This document shows, piece by piece, positions 1 to 10,065 of a stretch of 64,000 nt of DNA (position 1 is its first letter; the number at the start of each line of letters is the position of its first letter). Position numbers and translations under genes: made by a program. The stretch is from an uncultured Chitinophagaceae bacterium (lineage in GTDB: Bacteria; Bacteroidota; Bacteroidia; Chitinophagales; Chitinophagaceae), in assembly GCA_947085175.1 (NCBI GenBank), contig CAMTVJ010000004.1, positions 150,541-214,540 on the forward strand, written 5' to 3'. Below the pieces are notes generated by a model, which was given only the letters and a program-made list of their open reading frames with translations, made no database searches and had not been told where the DNA came from.

Positions 1-154
1 TTTTTATTGGATTGACATCCTGCAATTAAGGAAAGGCTTAAACAAGCAAGAAAATACGATTTCATGATATCTATTTGTAAACAAAGTACAAGGTAAGAAA
101 TCAAAAAAATACTGATCGATTTCTGATCAACTTAAATTGACTTTATCGTTTTTT

Positions 155-1546
155 TTACACTTTTGTGTTTTTCCATTTCCCTTTACTAAAAAGCCATAGC
201 GTAAAAAGACCCACAGAGGTTTCGGAAATAAAAATGGCCCAAAATACTCCAGAATGCCCCCATTTTAATTGTATTGCTAACCAATAGGCAAGGGGGATTT
301 GTATGAGCCAAAAGAATACCAGATTGATATAGGTAGGTGTTTTTGTGTCACCTGCACCATTAAAAGCCTGAACAGAAACCATCCACCAACCATACACAAA
401 GAAAGCATAGGAGAGTATTTGTAGCCATTCCGATCCTATAGCAATAACAACTGCGTTATTAGAAAATATACCAACCAATTGCTTATTGAATAAAAAGAAG
501 ATGATTGAAATGACAATTAAGAAAAACATGTTATAGATACCAATTTTCCAAACTGTTGATTCAGCTCTTTCTGGGCTGCCAGCTCCTAAGTTTTGGCCAA
601 CTAAAGTAGCTGCGGCATTGGAAAGGCCCCAGGCTGGCATGATTGTAAACATCATGATACGAATAGAAATAGTTGCACCTGCCACTGCTTCGCTTCCAAT
701 ATCCGATAAGATTCTCATTAAAAATATCCAGGAACTCATAGCAATAAACATTTGGGCAATGCCTCCAAAGGATGTTTTTAACATGTTAATCATCACTTTA
801 GCATTCAACTGAATTTGGTTGAATGCCACTTTGATGTGTTTACCTCCTCTAATGAGTAAATAAAGTTGAACGATAACAGCTGTACCTCTACCAATATTGG
901 TGGCAATGGCTGCCCCTTCAATTCCCATGGCAGGTATTGGGCCCCATCCAAATATTAATAAGGGGTCTAACAATATATTTAGGCCATTAGCAATCCAAAG
1001 TATTTGCATGGCTATTGCTGCATCTCCTGCACCACGAAAAATGGCATTGATGACAAATAGTAAGATGATGACCATGTTTCCGCCCAGCATCCATTGTGTA
1101 TAGCGGAATCCCTCATTCAATGTCCAAACATCGGCACCCATTAAAAACAGCATGTCCTTTGCAAAATAGATGCCTGCTATGGCGAAGGGTATAGAAATAA
1201 TAATACCAATGAAGATGGCTTGAACTGCTGAAATGGATGCTGCCTTGTTATTTTTTTCTCCAACCCTACGTGCAATTATGGCAGTAACTGCCATTGACAA
1301 ACCCATGGCTACGGCATAAAGCAAAAACAAATAGGTTTCTGTTAATCCAACAGTAGCAATGGCAGATGAGCCCAGCTTGCCAACAAAAAATATGTCTACT
1401 ACTGCAAAAGTTGATTCTAAAACAAGTTCTAATATCATAGGCACAGCCAACAAAAAAATGGCTTTGTTCATACTTATCTGAGTATAATCAGCCTCAGTGC
1501 CTCTAATGGCATTTTTTAATTCATGCCAAATATTTGCTCTAGCCAT
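155..1546 (-). CDS. MATE family efflux transporter
   Basis: 463-aa polytopic ORF starting at ATG 1546. N-terminal 'AVPMILELVLESTFAVVDIFFVGKLG' and the overall roughly 12-TM pattern are typical of NorM/DinF-type MATE pumps. Confidence 0.85.
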   Translation of the reverse strand: MARANIWHELKNAIRGTEADYTQISMNKAIFLLAVPMILELVLESTFAVVDIFFVGKLGSSAIATVGLTETYLFLLYAVAMGLSMAVTAIIARRVGEKNNKAASISAVQAIFIGIIISIPFAIAGIYFAKDMLFLMGADVWTLNEGFRYTQWMLGGNMVIILLFVINAIFRGAGDAAIAMQILWIANGLNILLDPLLIFGWGPIPAMGIEGAAIATNIGRGTAVIVQLYLLIRGGKHIKVAFNQIQLNAKVMINMLKTSFGGIAQMFIAMSSWIFLMRILSDIGSEAVAGATISIRIMMFTIMPAWGLSNAAATLVGQNLGAGSPERAESTVWKIGIYNMFFLIVISIIFFLFNKQLVGIFSNNAVVIAIGSEWLQILSYAFFVYGWWMVSVQAFNGAGDTKTPTYINLVFFWLIQIPLAYWLAIQLKWGHSGVFWAIFISETSVGLFTLWLFSKGKWKNTKV

Positions 1547-1561
1547 GAAGTGAAAATTAGA

Positions 1562-2527
1562 TTAGTTTGTAACTTGGATAATTACATTGCCTATTTTTTG
1601 TTTTAATTCCACATATCGATAGGCTTCCACAATTTCATCCAAGTTATAACTTCTATCAACTACAGGTTTATACTTTCCTGCCTCAGCCAATCCTTTTAAA
1701 AAAATGATATCATCCTTGCTTGTAGTAGGTATTGGAAACAATACTTTCTTTTTGCCAAAGAGCGGAGTGGTTAATGCTAAAAAAATGTTTTCGCCATTTT
1801 TACCCAGCTCTGTTGAAATGAAAATACCATTTGGCTTGAGTATTTTTTTGCATTGTGAAAACGAGGTTTTACCCACGGCATCAAATGCAAAATCAAATTT
1901 TTGTTGCGTATTGCTAAAGTCTTGTTTAGTGTAATCAATTACATGGTCAGCCCCAAGTGATTTCACCAACTCAAGATTTTTAGTATCACAAACAGCCGTG
2001 ACTTTTGCTCCAAAGTATTTAACTAATTGCACTGCTGCCGAACCAATGGCTCCTGTAGCTCCATAAATCAAAATATGTTGACCAGGTTTAACTTTTGCGG
2101 CCCTTATATTACACAAAGCATAATGTGCTCCTTCAGTTAGGGGAGCTGCTTCTTCAAAATTAAAATTGTTGGGCATGGTTGTAATCGCTTCCTTCTCTTT
2201 CATAATCATGAACTCGGCATGAGCCCCAAACCTTTCATCATTATAACCAAATACTTTATCGCCTATTTTAAATGAGCTTACATTTTTTCCAATGCCTTCA
2301 ATAACGCCAGCAAATTCACATCCAAGTGTTTGATATTTTGGCCGAAAAAGCCCAGACCAAAATCGGGAAACAAAGTACTCGGCACTTCTAAAACCACAGT
2401 CGGTTCGGTTTACAGTGGTTGCATAAACTTTAATGAGTACTTCATCATATTTAGGGATGGGCTTATCTATTTCTTTAATGCTAACCACTTCAGGTGGACC
2501 GTAATTATTATGTACTGCAGCTTTCAT
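1562..2527 (-). CDS. NAD(P)-dependent medium-chain dehydrogenase/reductase (quinone-oxidoreductase/ADH-like)
   Basis: 321 aa. GroES-like N-terminal domain followed by the Rossmann motif 'ILIYGATGAIGSAAVQL'. ATG start. Confidence 0.8.
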   Translation of the reverse strand: MKAAVHNNYGPPEVVSIKEIDKPIPKYDEVLIKVYATTVNRTDCGFRSAEYFVSRFWSGLFRPKYQTLGCEFAGVIEGIGKNVSSFKIGDKVFGYNDERFGAHAEFMIMKEKEAITTMPNNFNFEEAAPLTEGAHYALCNIRAAKVKPGQHILIYGATGAIGSAAVQLVKYFGAKVTAVCDTKNLELVKSLGADHVIDYTKQDFSNTQQKFDFAFDAVGKTSFSQCKKILKPNGIFISTELGKNGENIFLALTTPLFGKKKVLFPIPTTSKDDIIFLKGLAEAGKYKPVVDRSYNLDEIVEAYRYVELKQKIGNVIIQVTN

Positions 2528-2647
2528 TATTACACTTGTGCTTTAATTTTGGTAAAGTTTCAAACAAATATTAAGTAGATATGCGTTCAGCTAATAGTTA
2601 GCCTTACACTATTCAAATTAGTTTAAATTGTTTAAAAGTTACGCTGT

Positions 2648-3511
2648 TTATTTCTTTACGGATGCGGGGAAATTAAATTTTATCCACTGGCTTAAAGTTA
2701 TTTGGTTTGGATATTCATTTTTAAATGATGCCAAATCTTTAATAAAAATGGCATCATTATGATTAAACCATTTAAACATTTTGTAAAGATTTTTGCCCAT
2801 AATAAGCCTGACAATTATCAAGGGTAAGTTTTGGTATTTAATTATTTTGCCAAACTGCTCCGAAAAAATACTTGCAACTTCTTGCATGTTCATTTCTTCT
2901 GAGGCAATTGTTATTGTTTTTCCTAAGTACTTGTCTTTATTAAGAAAAATGTTGGCACTAATTTCTCCAATATCAATTGTACTTATCATTTGCAGCTTTT
3001 TATTTTTATTGAATGGAGATGCTAGTTTGCCTTTTAGTATCCTGCTTTTTACATCTGGAATTAAAAAGTTTTCAAAGAATGATACTGGTCTTATGATGGT
3101 GTAGGGTAGGTTTAGTTGTTTAATGTGATTCTCAATTACAAACTTGCTGTCAAAGTGTGGAATGCCAGTTTTTAAATCGGCGCCACAAACAGAGGAGTAG
3201 ATGAAATGATTGATGCCATATTCTTTTGCAAGGTTCGCCAGGTCTATTCCCTGTTTTATTTCTTTATCAATGCCGTTTTCAAAAGTTTGTACACTAAAAA
3301 TTCCATCAATGCCTTCTAGATGATCTCGGTATGAATTTAAATCATCTAAATCGCCTTTTACTACCACAATATTTTTATTGTGTAAATTTTTTGCTTTTGG
3401 GGCATCAATATCTCTTGTTAAAGCCTTAACCTTAAAGCCATTTTTCAAGAGACTTGTTACAACAGAAGATCCTTGATTTCCTGTTGCACCAGTTACAAAA
3501 ATTGTTTTCAA
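2648..3511 (-). CDS. NmrA-family NAD(P)-binding protein
   Basis: 287 aa with 'IFVTGATGNQGSSV' at the extreme N-terminus. The start codon is TTG (3509-3511) and there is no upstream in-frame ATG. Confidence 0.75.
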   Translation of the reverse strand: MKTIFVTGATGNQGSSVVTSLLKNGFKVKALTRDIDAPKAKNLHNKNIVVVKGDLDDLNSYRDHLEGIDGIFSVQTFENGIDKEIKQGIDLANLAKEYGINHFIYSSVCGADLKTGIPHFDSKFVIENHIKQLNLPYTIIRPVSFFENFLIPDVKSRILKGKLASPFNKNKKLQMISTIDIGEISANIFLNKDKYLGKTITIASEEMNMQEVASIFSEQFGKIIKYQNLPLIIVRLIMGKNLYKMFKWFNHNDAIFIKDLASFKNEYPNQITLSQWIKFNFPASVKK

Positions 3512-3664
3512 AGTAGTTTTGTTATAGCGTTTAAGAAAAAACAGTGAGTTTGATTTATTTTATTATTGATATAGCTTTTGTAAATCCTAATTGCACATAA
3601 CAGCCTTTTAAAGCCATATTATTTCCATGATTTTTTAAATAGTTTTTAAATGCTAATCCGCATA

Positions 3665-3937
3665 TTATTCAGAAGTTGTAGGATCAATGATGGTTGAAAC
3701 TTCGCTTACAAGATTAGCAGGAAAACCCCCTAGCTTAGCATGTTCTCTAACCATATCTTCATTTGGTGCAATGTAAACACAAAAGATTTTATCAACAGTA
3801 ACATAGCTATGCAGCCATTGTATTTGAGATCCCATCTTGCTAAGTACAGCACAAGAAGTTTGTGAAATACCTTTTAATTGTTCTGCATTTAATTTTCCTG
3901 CGCCAGGAATTTCTCTTTCAATTACATACTTAGGCAT
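3665..3937 (-). CDS. small DUF4242-like protein
   Basis: 90-aa ORF 'MPKYVIEREIPGAGKL...WLHSYVT.DKIFCVY.A' resembles the DUF4242 family. ATG start. Confidence 0.55.
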   Translation of the reverse strand: MPKYVIEREIPGAGKLNAEQLKGISQTSCAVLSKMGSQIQWLHSYVTVDKIFCVYIAPNEDMVREHAKLGGFPANLVSEVSTIIDPTTSE

Positions 3938-4173
3938 AATAAATAAGTTTAAAAATCCTACTCGTTTGGCTTTTCGGTTTCGCCCCGTTTTTTTAAGTAG
4001 TATCTGGACTCTACTATTAAAAGTTTCATTTCAGAGATTTAAAATACAAAAAGATTCTAATAAATGTAAAAAATATATTTGTTAGAATAGGATTCCATTT
4101 ACTAAATAGGAATAAAGGATTTATCCTCAAGTCGATTGTGCTTTTAATTTGCCTTAAGTGTCATTAATGATTA

Positions 4174-4578
4174 TCAACACTCATTTTGTAAACACTTAAA
4201 TAACAAATGAAGCCAGAAGCTGATGTGAAAGGGAGGAACAAGTACAAGGGTAAAACCCAGATATAAATTGCAACTCTTTTTCCTATTGTTATAGCTTAAA
4301 CTGCTAATTTCGAAAGCTTTTTGAGCTGAATAAAAATCATTTAATTTTGGGTATAAAAATTTTGAAAATAAAGAAATGAACTTTGTTTTATTGGGTATAG
4401 AAGTTACATAAGTATAAGTTTGAATTGTTTTAGCATCTATAAAAGTTTCTTTCCAAGCAGTAGGTACCCATGGCCTTTTAGAAATTTTCTTATTTGGAAA
4501 ATTAACCTGAAAATTAATTTTATCTATTGATTCATCAATTTTATCAGTTTCATAAAAAACAATAAATCAAAATCCCAT
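4174..4578 (-). pseudogene. start-less 130-codon open frame preceded by ATG-GGA-TTT-TGA (probable nonsense-inactivated gene of unknown function)
   Basis: Reverse-complement reading: ATG (4576-4578) GGA TTT TGA (4567-4569), then 130 sense codons to TGA (4174-4176). There is no ATG/GTG/TTG until the last few codons. A frame this long is improbable by chance in such AT-rich DNA. Product not recognised; the C-terminus is hydrophobic. Confidence 0.4.
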
Positions 4579-4735
4579 TTCTTGATTGTTTTAATAGTAA
4601 AAAACTAAGTAGTGATTATAAATATAAATATCCCCACCAAGTTTTACATATATGTAATATAGACCTTAATTAAATTAGTTGTCTTTTAATAAAGGGCTAT
4701 TAAAAAACCAAAAAGTAGTTAAAAGTATTGAGCAT

Positions 4736-4766
4736 AAAAAATCCCACCAGTATGGTGGGATTTTTA
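4736..4766. terminator. bidirectional rho-independent terminator downstream of lpd
   Basis: 'aaaaatcccacc-agtat-ggtgggattttt': 8-bp GC-containing stem flanked by an A-run and a T-run. Confidence 0.75.
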
Positions 4767-4806
4767 CTTTTAAAAAGATTTTTACTACTTAGGAAAGGCA
4801 AATGTC

Positions 4807-6195
4807 TTAAATATCTGTAGCCTCGCCATAAGCAACAGCAGTTGCTTCTTTCATGCCTTCACTCATTGTAGGGTGTGGGTGTACCGCATTTAGTATTTCG
4901 TGGGCTGTGGTTTCCAGTTTACGGGCAACTACAGCTTCGGCAATCATTTCGGTAACATTCATGCCAATCATATGGCAACCTAAAAACTCGCCGTACTTGG
5001 CATCGTAAATTACTTTTACAAAACCTTCGGTGGCACCTGCCGCACTGGCTTTACCACTAGCTACAAATGGAAATTTACCCACCTTTACTTCGTACCCAGC
5101 TTCTTTGGCAGCTTTTTCGGTATAACCTACGCTTGCAATCTCAGGACTGCAATACGTACAACCTGGGATATTATTATAATCCATCGCTTCGGGATGGTGA
5201 CCACAAATATGCTCAGCTGCATTGATGCCTTCTTTAGCAGCAACGTGTGCCAATGCTTGTCCGGGTGTGCAATCGCCAATGGCATAAATGCTAGCCACAT
5301 TTGTTTGTCCGTTTGCATTTACCGCAATCTTTCCTTTTTCGGTTTTTATACCCAGGGCTTCTAATCCCATATTTTCGATATTGGCTACAACACCCACTGC
5401 ACTTAATAAAATATCGGCTTCTAAAACCTGCTCGCCAGCAGTTGTTTTAACGGTAGCTTTTACGCCAGCGCCACTAATATCAACTTTGGTTACTTCGCTA
5501 TTGGTCATGATGGTCATGCCCTGCTTTTTAAATTGCTTCTCCAATTCTTTGCTGATATCATCATCTTCCACTGGTACCAATCTTGGCATAAACTCTACAA
5601 TAGTTACTTTGGTGCCAATGCTATTATAGAAATAAGCGAACTCGCTGCCAATGGCACCGCTTCCGCAAATGATCATGCTTTTAGGTTGAGTAGGTAAAAC
5701 CATGGCTTCACGGTAACCAATTATCTTTTTACCATCAATAGGCATGGTTGGTAATTCACGAGCCCTGCCTCCAGTAGCTAAGATGATGTTCTTTGCTTCT
5801 ACCACCTGCTTGGTACCATCTGTAGCAGTTACTTCCAGTTTATTGGCGGCAATCAATTTGCCATTACCCATTATCACATCAATCTTGTTCTTCTTCATTA
5901 AAAACTGAATACCCTTGCTCATTTTATCGGCAACGCCACGGCTACGGGCTATTACGTTTCCAAAATTGGCGGTTGGGTTTTCTACACTAATACCATAGGT
6001 ATCGGCGTGTTTGGCATATTCGAACACCTGGGCGCTTTTTAATAAGGCTTTGGTTGGAATACAACCCCAGTTAAGACAGATGCCACCAAGACTTTCTCTT
6101 TCAACAATTGCTACTTTTTTCCCAAGCTGACTAGCTCTAATTGCTGCAGGATAACCACCGGGTCCGCTTCCAAGTACTATAACGTCGTATGCCAT
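4807..6195 (-). CDS. lpdA: dihydrolipoyl dehydrogenase (E3)
   Basis: FAD motif 'GSGPGGY', redox-active disulfide 'GGICLNWGCIPTK', NAD motif 'GSGAIGSE'. I start it at the internal ATG 6195 ('MAYDVIVLG'), because the 35-codon extension in the ORF track is not Lpd-like. Confidence 0.93.
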   Translation of the reverse strand: MAYDVIVLGSGPGGYPAAIRASQLGKKVAIVERESLGGICLNWGCIPTKALLKSAQVFEYAKHADTYGISVENPTANFGNVIARSRGVADKMSKGIQFLMKKNKIDVIMGNGKLIAANKLEVTATDGTKQVVEAKNIILATGGRARELPTMPIDGKKIIGYREAMVLPTQPKSMIICGSGAIGSEFAYFYNSIGTKVTIVEFMPRLVPVEDDDISKELEKQFKKQGMTIMTNSEVTKVDISGAGVKATVKTTAGEQVLEADILLSAVGVVANIENMGLEALGIKTEKGKIAVNANGQTNVASIYAIGDCTPGQALAHVAAKEGINAAEHICGHHPEAMDYNNIPGCTYCSPEIASVGYTEKAAKEAGYEVKVGKFPFVASGKASAAGATEGFVKVIYDAKYGEFLGCHMIGMNVTEMIAEAVVARKLETTAHEILNAVHPHPTMSEGMKEATAVAYGEATDI

Positions 6196-6332
6196 TTTTA
6201 TAATTATAAGTTGTGAATGATAAATTATGAGTTGCAAATTTAGCTTGAATGAGGGGATTAGCCAAAAGCTTATTTGATCTTGTTTTAACTTATTTCTCAC
6301 TTGAGCTAGCTCATTTATGTGTATTTTTAAGG

Positions 6333-6824
6333 ATGATGAAAAGACTGCTGTTGATAGTACTGGTTGTTAGTTTTGGGATGGGAGCTTTTAGTCAAGCGAT
6401 CCCTAAAATGAAGATTGAAGAAGTTGTAAAATCTTTTACCAATAGCAGCGATTCGGTATATGTAGTTAATTTTTGGGCAACTTTTTGTGCCCCTTGTAAT
6501 GAAGAAATCCCCTATTTCTTAAAGCTGGCAGAAAAATACAAAGCTCAAAAAGTAAAACTGATATTGGTGAGTTTGGACCTTCCATCTTACTATGCGGTTA
6601 AATTGCCTGCTTTTATCAAAAAGCATGGGTATAAAACCAACCATGTTTGGTTAAATGAAACCAATGCCGATATTTTTTGCCCGGCCATTGATGAGAAGTG
6701 GAGTGGGGCTATTCCGGCTACGGTAATTGTAAAAGGGAAAACGGGGTTTAAGCATTTTTTTGAAGACCAAATTGAAGAAGAAGAATTTGAAGCCATTATT
6801 AAAAAGGCTATAGCAGATAATTAA
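6333..6824 (+). CDS. TlpA-like thiol:disulfide oxidoreductase (secreted)
   Basis: Signal peptide 'MMKRLLLIVLVVSFGMGAFSQA' and CxxC motif 'WATFCAPCNEE'. Start moved to ATG 6333. Confidence 0.8.
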   Translation: MMKRLLLIVLVVSFGMGAFSQAIPKMKIEEVVKSFTNSSDSVYVVNFWATFCAPCNEEIPYFLKLAEKYKAQKVKLILVSLDLPSYYAVKLPAFIKKHGYKTNHVWLNETNADIFCPAIDEKWSGAIPATVIVKGKTGFKHFFEDQIEEEEFEAIIKKAIADN

Positions 6825-6840
6825 GAAACTTAGGGGAAAA

Positions 6841-6874
6841 GTAAAACACTCCAATGCTGGAGCGTTTTACTTTT
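6841..6874. terminator. hairpin terminator between convergent genes
   Basis: 'gtaaaacactcca-atgc-tggagcgttttac': 13-bp stem with one mismatch, followed by 'tttt'. Confidence 0.6.
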
Positions 6875-6935
6875 ATATCAAAAATCAAAATTCAAAAAAA
6901 AATAAACTACTAAATTACAACTCATCATTCATCCT

Positions 6936-7550
6936 TCAATTCTTATTTCTCTTAATAGTACATCCAACACTTTTGCTTTCCTTAACTGTAACTTCTTTGC
7001 CGGTAACCATTTCATTAATGGCTTCTTGCAAATGAATACGCTTAATAGCTGAAATATCAGAAGGGCTATCATCAATAGCTCCATGATAAGTTAATACCAT
7101 GTCCTTATTAAACAAGAAACACTCTGGTGTACGATTGGCGCCAAAGGCATCAGCCACTTCGTGGTTTTTATCAATTACATAACTCCATTTGTAATTTTGA
7201 TCTTTGGCGTATGCCTTCATCGCATCATAGCTATCATCTTTACTACGGTAGGCTTCATTACTGTTTAAAATGATTACACCTACTTTATTTTTGTCGGCAA
7301 ATTCACTTATGGCTATAGTGCGTTCCTGGTTTTTAATTACATAGGGACAGGTATTGCAACTGAACATCACTAAAACGCCATTTTTTTTCATGGCATCCTT
7401 CATCGAAATTTCTTTGCCAGAAATATCCTGCATTTTTAAGTTGGATTTTGGCATGTTGCTACCAATTTGTAATGGGTCGCCAAATGTAAATGCCAGTGCA
7501 GCAACTGAAGCTAAAGCTGTAAAAGCCAATATTATCTTTTTCATAATCAT
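6936..7550 (-). CDS. thioredoxin-fold (redoxin/AhpC-TSA-like) protein, secreted
   Basis: 204 aa with a signal peptide and the CxxC motif 'FSCNTCPYV'. Confidence 0.75.
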   Translation of the reverse strand: MIMKKIILAFTALASVAALAFTFGDPLQIGSNMPKSNLKMQDISGKEISMKDAMKKNGVLVMFSCNTCPYVIKNQERTIAISEFADKNKVGVIILNSNEAYRSKDDSYDAMKAYAKDQNYKWSYVIDKNHEVADAFGANRTPECFLFNKDMVLTYHGAIDDSPSDISAIKRIHLQEAINEMVTGKEVTVKESKSVGCTIKRNKN

Positions 7551-7593
7551 CTTTTTTTAAAGGTAAGCATTAGGGAATGTGATAAAAAACCGC

Positions 7594-8568
7594 TTATGTA
7601 TTTTTTAATGAATTTAGCAATGCTTTTTCATCAGCAAATCGTTTAGCCGCAATTAATTTCAAAGACTTGATACTTACGTTAAGCTCGAAGCCTATTAGTA
7701 GCACTAAGGAATTGATGAAAATAAGGGCCATTAAAACTATTATAGTACCAATAGAGCCATAGAGGGCATTGTATCGGCCAAACTCATTTACAAAATAAGA
7801 AAATCCAACAGAGGATAAAATACTTAGAAAAGTAGCCAATATAGCACCTGGTGAAATCAGTTTCCATTTTTCATTTACTGCGGGAGCATATTTATAAATA
7901 AAGGCAATGGAATAAAAGACAAGTGCTACAATAAAAAACCATCGAACATAGGCAATAAGGTTTAACCAAAAATCACTTTTTAAGCCAAACCATTTTAATA
8001 CGGCTCCCTGGGTAATTAAAAGTATGAGACAGCCCAATACCAATCCAAAAATCAGTACTGTTAAACGGATGGCTATCCAACGGTCGTGCCAGCCCTTTCT
8101 TTTTTGAAAGCCTAAATATTCTTTATTGAAAGAACGCATTAAACCCATCATAGCATTGGATGCAAAAAATAAAGCCAGTAAAAGCCCAAAAGATAATAAG
8201 CCAAAAACCGGGGTTTTAAAAAAGGTGTCATCAATAAAATTGATAACCGTTTTATTAAACCCTTCAGCCGGAACTATATCTTTAATAACGAGCGAAAGCT
8301 GTTTTAATATTTCCTTTTTTTTAATAAAGGGTAAATTGGGAATAAGCGTGAATAAAAAAAGAAAGGAGGGCGGGATAGCCATAATAAAATTATAGGCCAC
8401 TGCAGATGCCCGTTCGGTTAAACCAATTGTTTTTACTTGCTTGATGAAAAAACTAGCAACATCATATAGAGGTACTCCTTCAAAACCGGGCAAATACCAA
8501 TGCTTGCTTTTGATGATGAGAAAAGCAATGGGTGTTTTTGTAATTAGTATACGTTCCAGTTTGGTCAT
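7594..8568 (-). CDS. YihY/BrkB family membrane protein
   Basis: 324 aa with 6 TM segments. 'ERASAVAYNFIMAIPP' and the C-terminal pattern are typical of the YihY family. Confidence 0.75.
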   Translation of the reverse strand: MTKLERILITKTPIAFLIIKSKHWYLPGFEGVPLYDVASFFIKQVKTIGLTERASAVAYNFIMAIPPSFLFLFTLIPNLPFIKKKEILKQLSLVIKDIVPAEGFNKTVINFIDDTFFKTPVFGLLSFGLLLALFFASNAMMGLMRSFNKEYLGFQKRKGWHDRWIAIRLTVLIFGLVLGCLILLITQGAVLKWFGLKSDFWLNLIAYVRWFFIVALVFYSIAFIYKYAPAVNEKWKLISPGAILATFLSILSSVGFSYFVNEFGRYNALYGSIGTIIVLMALIFINSLVLLIGFELNVSIKSLKLIAAKRFADEKALLNSLKNT

Positions 8569-8623
8569 AATAGAGAGGCCGTTGTTGCAAGATAACTAAA
8601 TGTTGTTTTGCATAACATTTTTG

Positions 8624-9646
8624 TTATTGGGCTTTTTGTTGCATCAATTTGTCCAATGCCTGTTGGTAGGCTTTAGCATAGACCAAGTGCTGTGCATAGC
8701 TGTTGGCAAAATTGGAGTAGCCATTAAAATCGGGTTTGGCCACAAAGAAAATATAATCAGTAAAGGGTGCATCCAGCACTGCATCAATGGTAGTGATGGC
8801 TGGCGTACAAATTGGCCCGGGGGGTAGCCCCAGGTTTTGGTAAGTATTATAAGGCGATGGATATGTCAAGTGTTTGTGCATAATCCTTGTGATTGTAAAA
8901 TCGCCAATGGCAAATCTTATTGTAGGGTCGGCCTGTAGTTTCATTCCTGTCTTTATCCTGTTCATATATACACTGGCTATCTTTCCTTTATCACTTTGTT
9001 TATTGGTTTCTTCTTCTACGATGCTGGCCAAGATATATACTTGTGCCGTAGTTAAATTTAATTTTCTGGCTTTTGCTTTTCTTTCATCTGTCCAGAATTT
9101 ATTTTTTTCCGCTTCCAGCTTTTTAAAAATTTTGGAAGCGGAATTGTTCCAAAGCATTTCATAAGTATTGGGAACAATTGCCGTCATGGCTATATTAATA
9201 TTTAAGTTGTACAGCTTTAATGAATCGTCACTGTTCAAAATTTGCATTACCTCTATGGAGTCACATTCAAAATTAGCTGCCAGTTTTTGAGCCAGGTCTT
9301 CTTTGGTTCTTAATTTATTGATCACCAGTTTTACATGCGATTGCCTTCCTGAGCGAAGGACTCTCAGCAAATTATAGACATTGCTTAATTTTTTTATTTC
9401 GTATCGCCCTGCTTTAACTTTCTGGTCGTATTTAATTTGTTTGGCCAACAAATCAAAGAAAAAAGGGTTTCCAATAATTCCTTGATCTATCAAGGCTGTT
9501 TTCACCTCGGCATAGGTTGAACCCGTTTTAATGAAAAAATATTTTTCGGCAGGTGCCAATACGGTAGGTCCAAAAACTTGCCAGGCAGTATAGCCAAATA
9601 CAAGAGCCATCATTAACAGGGTGCCAAAAACAATTTTCTTTTTCAT
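8624..9646 (-). CDS. mltG: endolytic murein transglycosylase MltG (YceG-like)
   Basis: N-terminal TM segment and the conserved 'YNTYQNLGLPPGPI' motif. The track start is TTG (9655); I prefer ATG 9646 ('MKKKIVFG'). Confidence 0.85.
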   Translation of the reverse strand: MKKKIVFGTLLMMALVFGYTAWQVFGPTVLAPAEKYFFIKTGSTYAEVKTALIDQGIIGNPFFFDLLAKQIKYDQKVKAGRYEIKKLSNVYNLLRVLRSGRQSHVKLVINKLRTKEDLAQKLAANFECDSIEVMQILNSDDSLKLYNLNINIAMTAIVPNTYEMLWNNSASKIFKKLEAEKNKFWTDERKAKARKLNLTTAQVYILASIVEEETNKQSDKGKIASVYMNRIKTGMKLQADPTIRFAIGDFTITRIMHKHLTYPSPYNTYQNLGLPPGPICTPAITTIDAVLDAPFTDYIFFVAKPDFNGYSNFANSYAQHLVYAKAYQQALDKLMQQKAQ

Positions 9647-9663
9647 GAAGGACAAAGTAAAAT

Positions 9664-9692
9664 AAAAAACCCCGTCTTACTCAGACGGGGTT
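9664..9692 (-). terminator. rho-independent terminator after secG
   Basis: 'aaccccgtct-tactc-agacggggtt'. The minus-strand reading is followed by 'ttttttatt'. Confidence 0.8.
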
Positions 9693-9710
9693 CAAAATAT
9701 TTTGCAAAAA

Positions 9711-10064
9711 TTACTGTGCTGTATTTGAATCGCCGGTATTTGGCATTGGAACCGTAGTAGCCGGGGCAGGTGTTGCTTTTGGCTGCTGGGTTGATACCCC
9801 TTTTAAAAGGTCATCATTTTTTGTATTACTTCCGCCTTCTTTTGGAATAAAAGCAGGAGAAACAACACATAGAATACCAATAATGGCTGCAAACAACCAG
9901 GTTCCTTTCTCTAAAACATCGGTGGTTTGTTTAACACCCATGATTTGGGTTCCAAATCCGCCAAAGCTAGAAGATAAGCCACCACCTTTTGGATTTTGTA
10001 CTAAAACGATAAAACCTAAGATAACAGAGGCAACAATGATTAAAATTCCGAATAAAACTAACAT
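9711..10064 (-). CDS. secG: preprotein translocase subunit SecG
   Basis: 117 aa with two TM helices. 'LVQNPKGGGLSSSFGG' is the characteristic SecG loop. Confidence 0.85.
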   Translation of the reverse strand: MLVLFGILIIVASVILGFIVLVQNPKGGGLSSSFGGFGTQIMGVKQTTDVLEKGTWLFAAIIGILCVVSPAFIPKEGGSNTKNDDLLKGVSTQQPKATPAPATTVPMPNTGDSNTAQ

Positions 10065-10065
10065 A

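Noticed and set aside
618-1103. Antisense ORFs nested inside long genes. Examples are 618-812, 897-1103, 5288-5629, 8126-8395, 12107-12445, 38785-39093, 45398-45718 and 50689-51024.
   Set aside because: They lie entirely within well-supported genes on the opposite strand, have low-complexity or odd composition, and match no family. They are typical shadow ORFs.
6196-6332. Long N-terminal extensions of lpdA (to 6300) and of the TlpA-like gene (from 6249) in the ORF track, which would make the two divergent genes overlap.
   Set aside because: The extensions lack family-like sequence. The internal ATGs give canonical N-termini: the 'MAYDVIVLGSGPGG' FAD fold, and the 'MMKRLLLIV...' signal peptide.
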